Below, in pieces: positions 40,605-50,183 of a DNA stretch of 64,000 nt. The stretch is taken from positions 62,001 through 126,000 of the forward strand of contig CAXXQE010000006.1 in assembly GCA_963665615.2 (NCBI GenBank). Direction: 5' to 3'. Position 1 is the first letter of the stretch. The number at the start of each line of letters is the position of its first letter. The notes beneath the pieces are model-generated. The model had not been told where the DNA came from, searched no databases, and saw only the letters and a program-made list of their open reading frames with translations. Source of the DNA: Syntrophales bacterium. GTDB taxonomy: Bacteria > Desulfobacterota > Syntrophia > Syntrophales > UBA4778. The translations under genes were made by a program, and so were the position numbers.

Positions 40605-42122
40605 CTACTTCACACCGTAGTCCTTGCCTGTAATCTTCGACGCACAGATGAGCCCTGCTGCCACCGCGCAATCCATAGCCACGCCATAGCCCTTCGCGGT
40701 ATCGCCCGCAAAATAGAGCCCCTTGACCACAGGTGCCTCAATGGGCGCCTTGAGCGTCCCGGCCTGCGTCTTGGATTTGGCCACGCCCTCAAGCTTCCAT
40801 GCTGTCGGAAAGAGGGTCCAGTCGATGCTTTTTCGAAACCCTGGATAGCGGCGTTCCAGATAGTCAATGATGAGCCTGCAGGCCTTCACCATGAGTCCCC
40901 CGTCCTTCGCTTCTTTTTCCGTCACCGGGGCATAGGCCGTCATCAGATGCTTGCCGCCCGGCGCACACGACGGATCGCTCTGCGACTGGATGTTCCAGCA
41001 CATATAAACGTCATATTCGAAGCCTTCTGACTTGGGGATTACATGGGTGTCCTTCATGCCGACTTTCCACTCGCGCTCGGGCAGCACCAGTTTGTTCAGA
41101 CCGAAGTAGGGAGCGATAGAGCCATATCCGTACATGCGCTCCGTCCTGTCAGCCCAGTCTTGCGGGAAGGCCTTCTTGTCGGCATACTTAAACGTGTCTT
41201 GTGCCGGAATGTTGCTGACGATTCTGTCAGCCGCTGCTTCGAAGATTTTACCGGCGTTATCTTTATAGCGAACGCCGATCGCCGCGCCGTCACGCATGAG
41301 GATTTCCTCAACATGCGCATTGAGCAACAGACAGCCGCCCATGTCGACAAAGCTGTTCGCCACCGCCTGGCTCCATCGCATAATACCGCCGATTGCAAAG
41401 CCCGACTGCCACTGCGCCCGGCCCGCTTTGAATCGGGGATTGACGACCTGTCCCATGTAGCGAAAAATATCTCCGATAGAGATGTCATCGGGATCGTTGA
41501 TGGTCGTAATCAACGTCGCAACCGCATGGATCATGCCGAAAACGGTCTTGTTATCATAGAGACCGTTTTCTTTGCACCACTGCGTCACCGAAATTGGCTC
41601 CAGCGCATCAAAATCCTCGTCCGTCATTTTGAGTGACGCTGTGTAAAATTTATGCATGGGAATCTTCTGCTCAATCAGCATCTTCTGGAGACGCTCGTCC
41701 ACATGACTGCCATGAAAGTCCATATAGAACTCATCGCCCACATAGGTGCTGTTCAGGTTTCCGACCATGGGGACGCCCGTCCCCAGAAGATCGTCGAGAT
41801 CCCGAAAATAACCATCGCCGTTGAGGGCGACACCGTGATAACCGATATCCAGCGTATACCATCGCAGCAAATCGCGTGAGATAATCTCCTCCAGACCGGG
41901 CTCACTGTATGGGAGCCAGCTGTACTGCTGAGCCAGCTGCTTTCTATACCATCTATCGCCTTTCCCCAGGATCTCCTCACCCCGGATACTCATGGCGCGT
42001 CCGCCAACGCGGTCTGCCTGCTCAACAAGCATCGTCCTGAGCCCCTCTCTGGCGCACAACGCGGCGACCGAAAGCCCTCCGACACCAGCACCGACAACGA
42101 TCACGTCATATTTTTCTTTCAT
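40605..42122 (-). CDS. FAD-dependent oxidoreductase, phytoene dehydrogenase-like (COG1233-type), paralog B
   Basis: VVGAGVGGL...EQADRVGGRA dinucleotide fold, SCAPGGKH, GLYFAGDT. Confidence 0.85.
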   Translation of the reverse strand: MKEKYDVIVVGAGVGGLSVAALCAREGLRTMLVEQADRVGGRAMSIRGEEILGKGDRWYRKQLAQQYSWLPYSEPGLEEIISRDLLRWYTLDIGYHGVALNGDGYFRDLDDLLGTGVPMVGNLNSTYVGDEFYMDFHGSHVDERLQKMLIEQKIPMHKFYTASLKMTDEDFDALEPISVTQWCKENGLYDNKTVFGMIHAVATLITTINDPDDISIGDIFRYMGQVVNPRFKAGRAQWQSGFAIGGIMRWSQAVANSFVDMGGCLLLNAHVEEILMRDGAAIGVRYKDNAGKIFEAAADRIVSNIPAQDTFKYADKKAFPQDWADRTERMYGYGSIAPYFGLNKLVLPEREWKVGMKDTHVIPKSEGFEYDVYMCWNIQSQSDPSCAPGGKHLMTAYAPVTEKEAKDGGLMVKACRLIIDYLERRYPGFRKSIDWTLFPTAWKLEGVAKSKTQAGTLKAPIEAPVVKGLYFAGDTAKGYGVAMDCAVAAGLICASKITGKDYGVK

Positions 42123-42284
42123 CTCCCGCGACCCCCTTTTATTCATTGCAGCAAAATTACACATGTGTGCCCCATACGGGAGGCTGAAACTTCCGTATCT
42201 ATCCTATATGATACGTTCCCGACCATAGCGACACGGTCCAGAGCTTGGGCCTCGATGATTATTTTTATCTCTACAAATACAGCC

Positions 42285-42634
42285 GGCCTGCCCATCTGCC
42301 TTCCTTATTTAATACCGTAATCTTTTCCAAGGATTTCTCCGGCGCAGATCATACCGGATACGATGGCGCAATCCATGGCGACCCCATAACCTCTGGCCGT
42401 ATCACCTGCAAAATACAACCCCTTGACATGCTGTGATTTGACCGGAACCTTTTGCGTTCCAGCTTGAGAAATACTTTTGGCCACGCCTTCGAGTTTCCAG
42501 CAAACGACATCGAGCTTCCAGTCGATGCTGGATTTGAAGCCCGGGTAAATTTCTTCCATGAATTCCGGAAGACGGTCGCAAATCTTTTTTACCAGGACCG
42601 GATTGGTGGATTCTTTCTCCGTTAGCGGCAGATA
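42285..42634. repeat. 350-bp exact direct repeat, copy 1 (orphan 3' end of flavoprotein A)
   Basis: Base-by-base identical to 43989..44338 (offset 1704). Encodes the same C-terminus ...GKDYGIK*. Confidence 0.95.
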
Positions 42635-42708
42635 TAAAGACGAGGGCGGATTCGGTCAGACCCTTGCGATCATGTGGGTGCCCAATAACTGTAACTGGTG
42701 AAGGCAAA

Positions 42709-43794
42709 CTAATTCCTGCTGATATTGACACCTGTGCTTCGGTCGACTAGTTCTCTCCATGTTTTGGGAATTTGTGGGATTTTATCGGGCGCCCTTTGGA
42801 TAAGTTTGAGCGCATCAGAATGACACTGGCTTACACACTGTCCGCAGCCGATGCATCGCTCGATATCCAAAACAGCTATGTCGTTTTTCATTTCGAGCGC
42901 ACGAACAGGGCATCTATTGACACATGATTCACAACCAGAACATTTAGCGGGATCCACAGAAACAATATAGGCAGAGGGATCGACATTCTTGATTCTTCCA
43001 TGAGGGAAGAACTTATTGCTGAAACCCAGACTGGTACAACAGCAACCACAACAATTGCACAACCAAGATATGTCGTCGTCTGTATAATTAATAAGTTGAT
43101 GAACCAGACCCGCATCGGCTGATATTCTCAATACCTCCAATGCCTCTTCCGTTGTAATCTGACGTCCATCGGTGTTGCCTGCATCAATAAAGAATTGCGC
43201 ATGATCTCCAAAAGCCATGCACACTTCCAGGGGAGCATCGCACTTTTTCATTTTCATCCTGCAACCGCAAGGGAAAACAACAATAGGTTTAGCAGCGTTT
43301 TTAACTAACGCCGTGGCATCCTGATAAGGAATTGAAGCGGATTCTGACGGCATAGCTGCTTCAATGGGAACTGTTCTCGCAGTACCTACTTTCTTATCTT
43401 TAAAAGAAATCATCCCATTAAATTTCATTATTTCATACATCAAATCCATCAATTTCTTGTCAGTCCCTCTGATCCAGTGCAGATTCTCTGCCATACCGGG
43501 AACAAACGCCAAGGCCGCATATTGCTTCCCGCCTTTGTCCCTATGCCGTCTGATCACACCATTCAGGTATATCTGATCCAGCAGCTTTTCAGTTTTATCC
43601 AGAGAAGATCCGGCACATTCAGCAATCGCTGCCAACGGCTTTAAATCAAGGGTAAGATAAAGTGCTAATCGGCCCTCTTCGGGCGTTAAAAGCATTTTTA
43701 GAAATTCCAAATCCTGCCCAGAATCCATTCTTCTGAATCCATTGGGACTTATGTCATGCAGCCATTCCTGCAATTTCCGGTAAAGTTCATCCAT
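42709..43794 (-). CDS. Cys-rich 2x[4Fe-4S] protein, paralog 1
   Basis: CGCR..C..C, WLCNCCGCCC, CSGCESCVNRCP, CIGCGQCVSQC. Confidence 0.85.
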   Translation of the reverse strand: MDELYRKLQEWLHDISPNGFRRMDSGQDLEFLKMLLTPEEGRLALYLTLDLKPLAAIAECAGSSLDKTEKLLDQIYLNGVIRRHRDKGGKQYAALAFVPGMAENLHWIRGTDKKLMDLMYEIMKFNGMISFKDKKVGTARTVPIEAAMPSESASIPYQDATALVKNAAKPIVVFPCGCRMKMKKCDAPLEVCMAFGDHAQFFIDAGNTDGRQITTEEALEVLRISADAGLVHQLINYTDDDISWLCNCCGCCCTSLGFSNKFFPHGRIKNVDPSAYIVSVDPAKCSGCESCVNRCPVRALEMKNDIAVLDIERCIGCGQCVSQCHSDALKLIQRAPDKIPQIPKTWRELVDRSTGVNISRN

Positions 43795-43988
43795 ACTTGT
43801 TCAACCTCCGATTATGGCAACTTTCAACAGGTCAAATGCGCTGAAGCAACTCGCGGCAATCACTTTCGTTTTTATAGCGAACTTACATATGACCCCACAT
43901 CGCGATGTATAAGTTGAGAACCTATACCAACTGCACTCCCAGAGTCCTGGGGCCGTATGATCATTTTTTGCCTTTATAACCCGCAGTT

Positions 43989-44338
43989 GGCCTGCCCATC
44001 TGCCTTCCTTATTTAATACCGTAATCTTTTCCAAGGATTTCTCCGGCGCAGATCATACCGGATACGATGGCGCAATCCATGGCGACCCCATAACCTCTGG
44101 CCGTATCACCTGCAAAATACAACCCCTTGACATGCTGTGATTTGACCGGAACCTTTTGCGTTCCAGCTTGAGAAATACTTTTGGCCACGCCTTCGAGTTT
44201 CCAGCAAACGACATCGAGCTTCCAGTCGATGCTGGATTTGAAGCCCGGGTAAATTTCTTCCATGAATTCCGGAAGACGGTCGCAAATCTTTTTTACCAGG
44301 ACCGGATTGGTGGATTCTTTCTCCGTTAGCGGCAGATA
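43989..44338. repeat. 350-bp exact direct repeat, copy 2 (within flavoprotein A and 20 bp downstream)
   Basis: Identical to 42285..42634. Confidence 0.95.
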
Positions 44339-45535
44339 AGCGGTGTACAGATATTTCCCGGAAGGCGCGGCGGACGGATCAAGGGCAGATTGAATGTTCC
44401 AGCAAATATAAACATCGTAGTCATAGCCTTCGGATTTTGGCAGAACACAGGTATTTTTAATGCCCATCCTCGCTTCCGCTTCCGGCATAACCAGTTTGTT
44501 TAAACCCATATAAGGCGCATAGCTGCCGTATCCATACATGCTTTCGATCTTCTCCGGATAGCCCGCCGGAAAAACATCTGCATCAATGACCTTGAATGTC
44601 TGCTGCGCGGGTATATTGCTGACGATCTTATCGGCTACATAAATTTTCTTTCCTTCTTCGGTCTCCACCAGCACTGCCTTGACAGCACCGTTATCCACCA
44701 GCACTTTCTTCACCGTGGCATTGAAGATAATTTCGCCGCCCATTGCCTGCAGCTTTTTTACGACGGCTTTAGACCAGGCGCCTACGCCGCCCTCGACAAA
44801 TCCCCCGACGTCTCCCAAAACACCTCTTTTTAGTTTGGGACCGAAGGCGGTTTTAAAATAGCGGAATATTTCACCGATCGAAATATCATCCGGGCTGTTA
44901 ATGGTAGAAAACAAGGTCGCCGTTGTCTGCAGATGATTGAAGATAACGTCACTTCTGGTAATGCCCTTTTCTTCTGCCCATTGCTTGAAAGAAACCTTTT
45001 CCAAATCATCGAGCTGTTCATCGGACAGGGTATAGGCCTCACTGTAAAAAGCAAGGAAAGGTATCTTCATTTCCGTTGCAATTTTCCTGAGCTCAGGGTC
45101 GACTTTGCTGCCGGCAACATCATGATAGAGCTTTCCTTTGTAATAGTTGCCCCACATGCCGCCGTGTTTTTTTACTTCACCAACGCCGCCGATCAGATCC
45201 TCAAAATCAAGCATGTAACCCGCTCCATTGGCAGAGAGGGCATGGTAGCCGATATCCAGGGTATAACCATCCAGCATGCGATTCTTGATGATCGTCTCTA
45301 TATCGGGCTGAGAGTTCGCGAGGTATGAATACTGGGAAGCCAGCAGTTTTTTGTACCACTCGAATCCCTTGTCCGATATTTCTTCACCTTTAATGGACAT
45401 GGCGCGCCCGCCGGGGCGGTCACATTGCTCCAGCACCAATACCTTTAATCCTTCTTTTGCCATTAAAGATGCTGCAGTAAGGCCGCCGACACCGGCCCCG
45501 ATAACGATCGAATCAAACTTTTTACCCTCCGACAT
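44009..45535 (-). CDS. FAD-dependent oxidoreductase, phytoene dehydrogenase-like (COG1233-type), paralog A
   Basis: VIGAGVGGL...EQCDRPGGRA, SAAPSGKY, GLYFAGDT. Colinear with 40605..42122. ATG 45535 after GGGGAGG. Confidence 0.85.
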   Translation of the reverse strand: MSEGKKFDSIVIGAGVGGLTAASLMAKEGLKVLVLEQCDRPGGRAMSIKGEEISDKGFEWYKKLLASQYSYLANSQPDIETIIKNRMLDGYTLDIGYHALSANGAGYMLDFEDLIGGVGEVKKHGGMWGNYYKGKLYHDVAGSKVDPELRKIATEMKIPFLAFYSEAYTLSDEQLDDLEKVSFKQWAEEKGITRSDVIFNHLQTTATLFSTINSPDDISIGEIFRYFKTAFGPKLKRGVLGDVGGFVEGGVGAWSKAVVKKLQAMGGEIIFNATVKKVLVDNGAVKAVLVETEEGKKIYVADKIVSNIPAQQTFKVIDADVFPAGYPEKIESMYGYGSYAPYMGLNKLVMPEAEARMGIKNTCVLPKSEGYDYDVYICWNIQSALDPSAAPSGKYLYTAYLPLTEKESTNPVLVKKICDRLPEFMEEIYPGFKSSIDWKLDVVCWKLEGVAKSISQAGTQKVPVKSQHVKGLYFAGDTARGYGVAMDCAIVSGMICAGEILGKDYGIK

Positions 45536-45554
45536 AAAGCAGGCCTCCCCTTTA

Positions 45555-46595
45555 TTAATAAAGTTTTTGAGTATTGACCTTAGGCACGAAATCCGGTTGG
45601 CGTTCCTCGATCCACGTAATCGCATCTACAGGACATTTTCGTCTGCACAATCCACAGCCCGTGCATTTTTCTTTGTTTACCCTTACCTTGCCGTTTTCAG
45701 TTTCAATGGCATTAAAATAACAACGGCCTTGACATATCAGGCAGGAATCGCCAAGGCACTTTTCCTGGTCTATCTGAGCGCAAAAACGTGACGGATCGAC
45801 CCACAACTGATCTCTAAGGATCAAGGGAAGCCCGATGCAACAACAGGGACAGCAATTGCAGATGATCGGACCGGGATCCGACTGGGAATTGGCGCCGGTG
45901 AGATGCAACAGACCGTCCTCTTCACATTTTTCAATAATGTCCATGGCCTCTGCCGCGTCTATCTTCCTCGCTGTCCCCCGTTCGATATTGTAATCGGCAG
46001 CGCCATTCAACATGATGCATCCTTCCATGCGGTGTCCGCACTTGCCGCCATATTTGACTCGGCAAGTGCAGGGCAAAACGGCCAGGCTTCTGGCTTGCGT
46101 GACGATCTCGCGAATACTGTCGAACGGTAAAATTTTATCCTTGGGGGCGTCAATCCAGATGTCGGCAGCAAGGAGCCTGCCAATGGGCTTCTTGCCCCTT
46201 TCCAACTCCGCAATTGCAGGGTACTCTTCTTCGCCCCACTGCCGCCAAAGCGCTCTGAACTCATCGCCGCCGTCTTGCCACTGCATGCTGCAATCATGCA
46301 GGTGCATGGCGTCCTTGGTCATTTTATAAACAACCGGCGATTTTTTTTTATTGCGAAACACCACACCCCTTTGAAAGAGACCTTCGAGCCTTGCTTCAAC
46401 ATCGGAAGGTTCAAGGCTCAATTGGCCCGATAGATCAGAGACATTGCCGGGAAGAGCCAGGAGATTTTTTGCATCTGTCTCATCAGCCAATATCCGAAAC
46501 AATTTTGGAATAACCTTTGACTCCGGGCTCTTCACCCGAGCAGCCAGCTCGGCATAGAGATCATGACTTCGATTTACGATATTTTCTTCTTGCAT
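45555..46595 (-). CDS. Cys-rich 2x[4Fe-4S] protein, paralog 2
   Basis: CTCR..C..C, ICNCCPCCC, CLGDSCLICQGRC, CTGCGLCRRKCP. Start uncertain. Confidence 0.85.
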   Translation of the reverse strand: MQEENIVNRSHDLYAELAARVKSPESKVIPKLFRILADETDAKNLLALPGNVSDLSGQLSLEPSDVEARLEGLFQRGVVFRNKKKSPVVYKMTKDAMHLHDCSMQWQDGGDEFRALWRQWGEEEYPAIAELERGKKPIGRLLAADIWIDAPKDKILPFDSIREIVTQARSLAVLPCTCRVKYGGKCGHRMEGCIMLNGAADYNIERGTARKIDAAEAMDIIEKCEEDGLLHLTGANSQSDPGPIICNCCPCCCIGLPLILRDQLWVDPSRFCAQIDQEKCLGDSCLICQGRCYFNAIETENGKVRVNKEKCTGCGLCRRKCPVDAITWIEERQPDFVPKVNTQKLY

Positions 46596-46740
46596 TTCGT
46601 CTACTTTCCGGCGCGTTGCCTCATAAAAATCTTTCACGTAATATGTTACGCCACACCCTGATAGAGTTGATTCCACCGCCAGAGTTGTGAGCTGTTGTCT
46701 CCGAATCGGATCTTTTTGTATGACGCCATTAAACCGCTTT

Positions 46741-47934
46741 TCAAATGACCCCTTTACCTTCCAGAGCGATAATTTGTTCGTCGCTCAAGCCAAGAAGACC
46801 CCCAAGGATTTCGCGATTATGCTGGCCGGGATCGGGCGCATTGGCCGTTTCGGGAATAGTCGCCACCTCGCCATTGATCTTGATCGCCACGCCAGGGACC
46901 TTTACTCTCATTCCATTGGGCTGCACAACTTCCTGAACCATCCCCCGTTCCTTCGCGTGCGGGTGTTCCAGCATCTCTCCAATATGCTGAATTGGGGCGC
47001 AGGGAACACTTACCTTCTGCAGCAGATCAAGCAAATGCTTGGTTGTATACTGCTTTGTCCATGCCGTAATAATGGGCTTGAGTTCCTTTTCATTTTTGCA
47101 GCGGTGCGCATTATCGATAAAGCGCGAATCTTCCAGTAACGGTTGCCCCATAGCGTTGCAAAGACTTCCGAACGTGTTGTTGTTGGCTGTCGCGATAATG
47201 ATCCAGCCGTCCTGCGTTTGAAATGAGTCAAAGGGGGTAACATATTGCAAACGATTTCCGACCCGCTGCTGAATAATTCCTTCATTGACCCAGTTTGAGA
47301 AAACCGAGTCCATCGTTGTCAATAGGCAGTCCAGCATCGACACATCCATATGAACGGCTTCTCCTGTGGTCCTGGCGTGAAGCACGCCCATGGCGATTGC
47401 AAAGGCGCCATATGTGCCGCTAACATAATCGGCCATCGCGCTGCCGGTTCTGGTCGGAGGCCCATCCGGGAACCCCGTTGCATACATCATCCCGCTTAAG
47501 GCTTGGATAACACCGTCGTAGCCTGGCATCTGAGATAGAGTGCCAAACTGGCCGAAGGCGGATATAGAACAATAAACGATCTTGGGATTGATCTTTTTGA
47601 TCGTCTCAAAATCAATATTCCAGCGCTTCATCGTACCGGGCGTAAAATTTTCTAAAACGACATCGCTTTTGGCTGCCAGCTGCCTAAAAAGTTCCTGCGC
47701 TTCCGGTTCTGCAAGGGCCAGCGACAATCCCTTTTTTTGGCGTCCCATCGTCGCAAAGCCGATCGATATCCCTTCTTTGTTAAAAGGGGGAAAGCGGCGG
47801 CAATCCTCTCCGAGAACCGGTCTTTCTACCTTGATAACCTCGGCCCCATAATCTGCCAGGAGTGCCCCGCAAAACGGTCCTGAGATTGTGGATGTGAAAT
47901 CTATTACTCGCACACCATTTAATGGCTTAATCAT
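46741..47934 (-). CDS. Family III CoA-transferase (CaiB/BaiF)
   Basis: PLNGVRVIDF, GAEVIKVERP..GE, DVVLENFTPG, SISAFGQ.G, PGYD. Confidence 0.93.
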   Translation of the reverse strand: MIKPLNGVRVIDFTSTISGPFCGALLADYGAEVIKVERPVLGEDCRRFPPFNKEGISIGFATMGRQKKGLSLALAEPEAQELFRQLAAKSDVVLENFTPGTMKRWNIDFETIKKINPKIVYCSISAFGQFGTLSQMPGYDGVIQALSGMMYATGFPDGPPTRTGSAMADYVSGTYGAFAIAMGVLHARTTGEAVHMDVSMLDCLLTTMDSVFSNWVNEGIIQQRVGNRLQYVTPFDSFQTQDGWIIIATANNNTFGSLCNAMGQPLLEDSRFIDNAHRCKNEKELKPIITAWTKQYTTKHLLDLLQKVSVPCAPIQHIGEMLEHPHAKERGMVQEVVQPNGMRVKVPGVAIKINGEVATIPETANAPDPGQHNREILGGLLGLSDEQIIALEGKGVI

Positions 47935-47975
47935 TTATTAATCTCCTTTGCATTTATGAATGCGATTGAATTCTT

Positions 47976-48081
47976 TAGCGTTCGCATTCCCCGCTGCTTG
48001 CGGCGGGGTAAGCGAGCGCATAAGGACAAATCATCTACATTGGGAATCGGAGATTCACCCGAGCTTGCTCCGGTGAGTCTC
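47976..48081 (+). repeat. REP-like dispersed repeat, copy inside the island
   Basis: Hairpins CCCCGCTGC-TT-GCGGCGGGG and GGAGATTCACC..GAGC-TT-GCTC..GGTGAGTCTCC. Ungapped match to 16585..16690. Confidence 0.8.
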
Positions 48082-48096
48082 CGATCATCTCTAGAT

Positions 48097-49197
48097 CTAA
48101 AAAGGGTTATCCTGTTTCTCAATAGGCACTCTAAGCGCGTCCATTAACTCTTTTGAATCTCGATACGGCACAAAGACCTCTTCCCTGTGCCTCAGACTTA
48201 TTGCGCCGGATGGACAAGTGCTTATGCACAAGCCGCAGCCGATACAACGCAGTTTATTTACTTTTGCGATGTCATCTTCAATCGTCAATGCTTCCATTGG
48301 ACAACGTGGGATACAACTGCCACACCCAGTGCAATTTTCTGCAAGCACCTCCGCCATAAAACTTGAAGGAGCGGCCCTGCCGCCTATCCAGTTTCTTTTA
48401 AAGGCTTTCATATTGTCACAATGGCATGAGCAACAGTTGCAGACAAAGTCAATATTCTTGCCGGTGTTGCTAACAACATGAACGAGGCCTGCCTCCTCTG
48501 CGCGCTTTAGTACATGCAACGCTTCTTCTTTCGTAATGGGCTTTGCCAGTCCATATTCAATCATGTACTGTGCCCCCGGTCCCAGGGCGAGGCATACGTC
48601 TTTCGGCTTGGTGCAGGGGTCTCCCACAAGCTCATTCATATGCCTGCAGTGACACACGGCCAGTGCAAATATACTGATTCTCTCAAAATATCTTAGAAGC
48701 CTGTCATACGGCTCCACAGTTACGTTTGGGGGGATCTCCTCATCAACGGTAATGACCCTGGCGAACGGAATGTGCGGCAACCGGCCTTCATCGGATTTCT
48801 CAAGATCCGTCAGCATTGACAGGTATTCCGTTACCAGGCGTGATATTTTCCTGGTGCGCTCATCCGTCTCACCCCTCATCAACTGATTTTCAATAATGCC
48901 CGGAATCAGAGGAAACAAGATATAAATACGCTTTCCAGCAATCATCGCTGTAAAGAGGATGCCTTTTCGCGCCATGGTTTCAAGAGCCTTCCTCAAATCT
49001 TCAATGCCGCGTCCCGTCTTAATCGCCATCTCTTCAGCTGTCACAGGCTGATCTGGTATCTCAATTGCCAATTTTGCGTCTTCCTCGTTGAAGATTGTCT
49101 CCAGCATGTCCTTGAGAATATCGCACTTAATGGCAGGGAAAGCACCACCCCTGCTATTCAGAGCTTCCGTCAGTCTGTCATAAAGAAAGTCGTTCAT
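48097..49197 (-). CDS. Cys-rich 2x[4Fe-4S] protein, paralog 3
   Basis: CHCR..C..C, VCNCCSCHC, CTGCGSCIPRCP, CIGCGLCISTCP. Confidence 0.85.
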   Translation of the reverse strand: MNDFLYDRLTEALNSRGGAFPAIKCDILKDMLETIFNEEDAKLAIEIPDQPVTAEEMAIKTGRGIEDLRKALETMARKGILFTAMIAGKRIYILFPLIPGIIENQLMRGETDERTRKISRLVTEYLSMLTDLEKSDEGRLPHIPFARVITVDEEIPPNVTVEPYDRLLRYFERISIFALAVCHCRHMNELVGDPCTKPKDVCLALGPGAQYMIEYGLAKPITKEEALHVLKRAEEAGLVHVVSNTGKNIDFVCNCCSCHCDNMKAFKRNWIGGRAAPSSFMAEVLAENCTGCGSCIPRCPMEALTIEDDIAKVNKLRCIGCGLCISTCPSGAISLRHREEVFVPYRDSKELMDALRVPIEKQDNPF

Positions 49198-49232
49198 TAC
49201 ATGTCTCCAAATGGGCCATTTCTAAGTGAATA

Positions 49233-50018
49233 TCAATAATGGCTGATGCCACCATCCACTGTTATTGTGGTACCGGTAATATAGTTTGCCGTCACATCAT
49301 CAGCGAGAAACAATACTGCCTGAGCAATATCCGATTCTTTGCCGAGTCTTCTCATTGGAATCATTTGCTGGAGGATGAAATCCATTGTCCGGGGTGGCAA
49401 ATCAAAAGTGCTCTTGGTATCGATGACACCGGGCGCAACACAATTGATCGTAATTCCGGAAGCTGCAACAGCCATTGCAACCGAGGCTGTAAAGTGAGCG
49501 ACACCTGCCTTCAATCCCGCATAAACAGGCGCATTGGGCACCTTGTTTTTCGCCCCCATACTGGTAATATTGATTATTCTGCCGTATCGCTGTTTTTTCA
49601 TAATCGGCAAAACGATACGGGTAATATCGAGTATTCCCTTGAAGGTGCCTATGGTCGCCTCTGTCATATTGGGATCCATCAGATCACTCAGTGGTTCGGA
49701 CGTAAAATGGACATACCAGGCAGAGTTTACAAGGATATCTATCCGACCAAATTCTGCAATCGCGTTATCAACAAGACGCTCCACATCCGCCAGAACGCTG
49801 ACATCTGTTTTAACCGGTAAAGCGCGTCGCCCCATCCTTCGGATTTTTTCAGCGACATCCATGATCGTTCCCGGACGATTCCTGTCCGTTTCATGCGCCT
49901 CAGTGGTCCTGGCGGCAAGAATGACATCCGCTCCTTCACGGGCCAACGTCATAGCGATCTCTGCGCCCATGCCTCGACTGGCGCCGGTTACAAGAGCTAT
50001 CTTGTTTCTCAGCCTCAC
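49233..50018 (-). CDS. Short-chain dehydrogenase/reductase (FabG-like)
   Basis: TGASRGMG, YAGLK (YxxxK), NCVAPG, ITG..ITVDGG. GTG start with GGAGG RBS. Confidence 0.92.
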   Translation of the reverse strand: MRLRNKIALVTGASRGMGAEIAMTLAREGADVILAARTTEAHETDRNRPGTIMDVAEKIRRMGRRALPVKTDVSVLADVERLVDNAIAEFGRIDILVNSAWYVHFTSEPLSDLMDPNMTEATIGTFKGILDITRIVLPIMKKQRYGRIINITSMGAKNKVPNAPVYAGLKAGVAHFTASVAMAVAASGITINCVAPGVIDTKSTFDLPPRTMDFILQQMIPMRRLGKESDIAQAVLFLADDVTANYITGTTITVDGGISHY

Positions 50019-50183
50019 CGGTTAGCCTCCATATATAATTTCCTTTTTTGCATCTATTTCCTTTTCCTTGAGCGCCTCATCCCTGGTCACAAAGGAGTGG
50101 ATTGTATCCAGGATCATTTGCTGTTCTTCAGTTAACGTATAAAACATACTTTCCCTTAAACTTTGATCCGTGCAGTTGATCAT

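Noticed and set aside
42305..42559. Independent 84-aa gene
   Set aside because: It is the duplicated 3' fragment of flavoprotein A with an internal Met and no FAD-binding domain.
42285..44338. Diversity-generating retroelement (template/variable repeat pair at a gene 3' end)
   Set aside because: The two copies are fully identical with no adenine-specific mismatches, and no reverse transcriptase gene is in the window.
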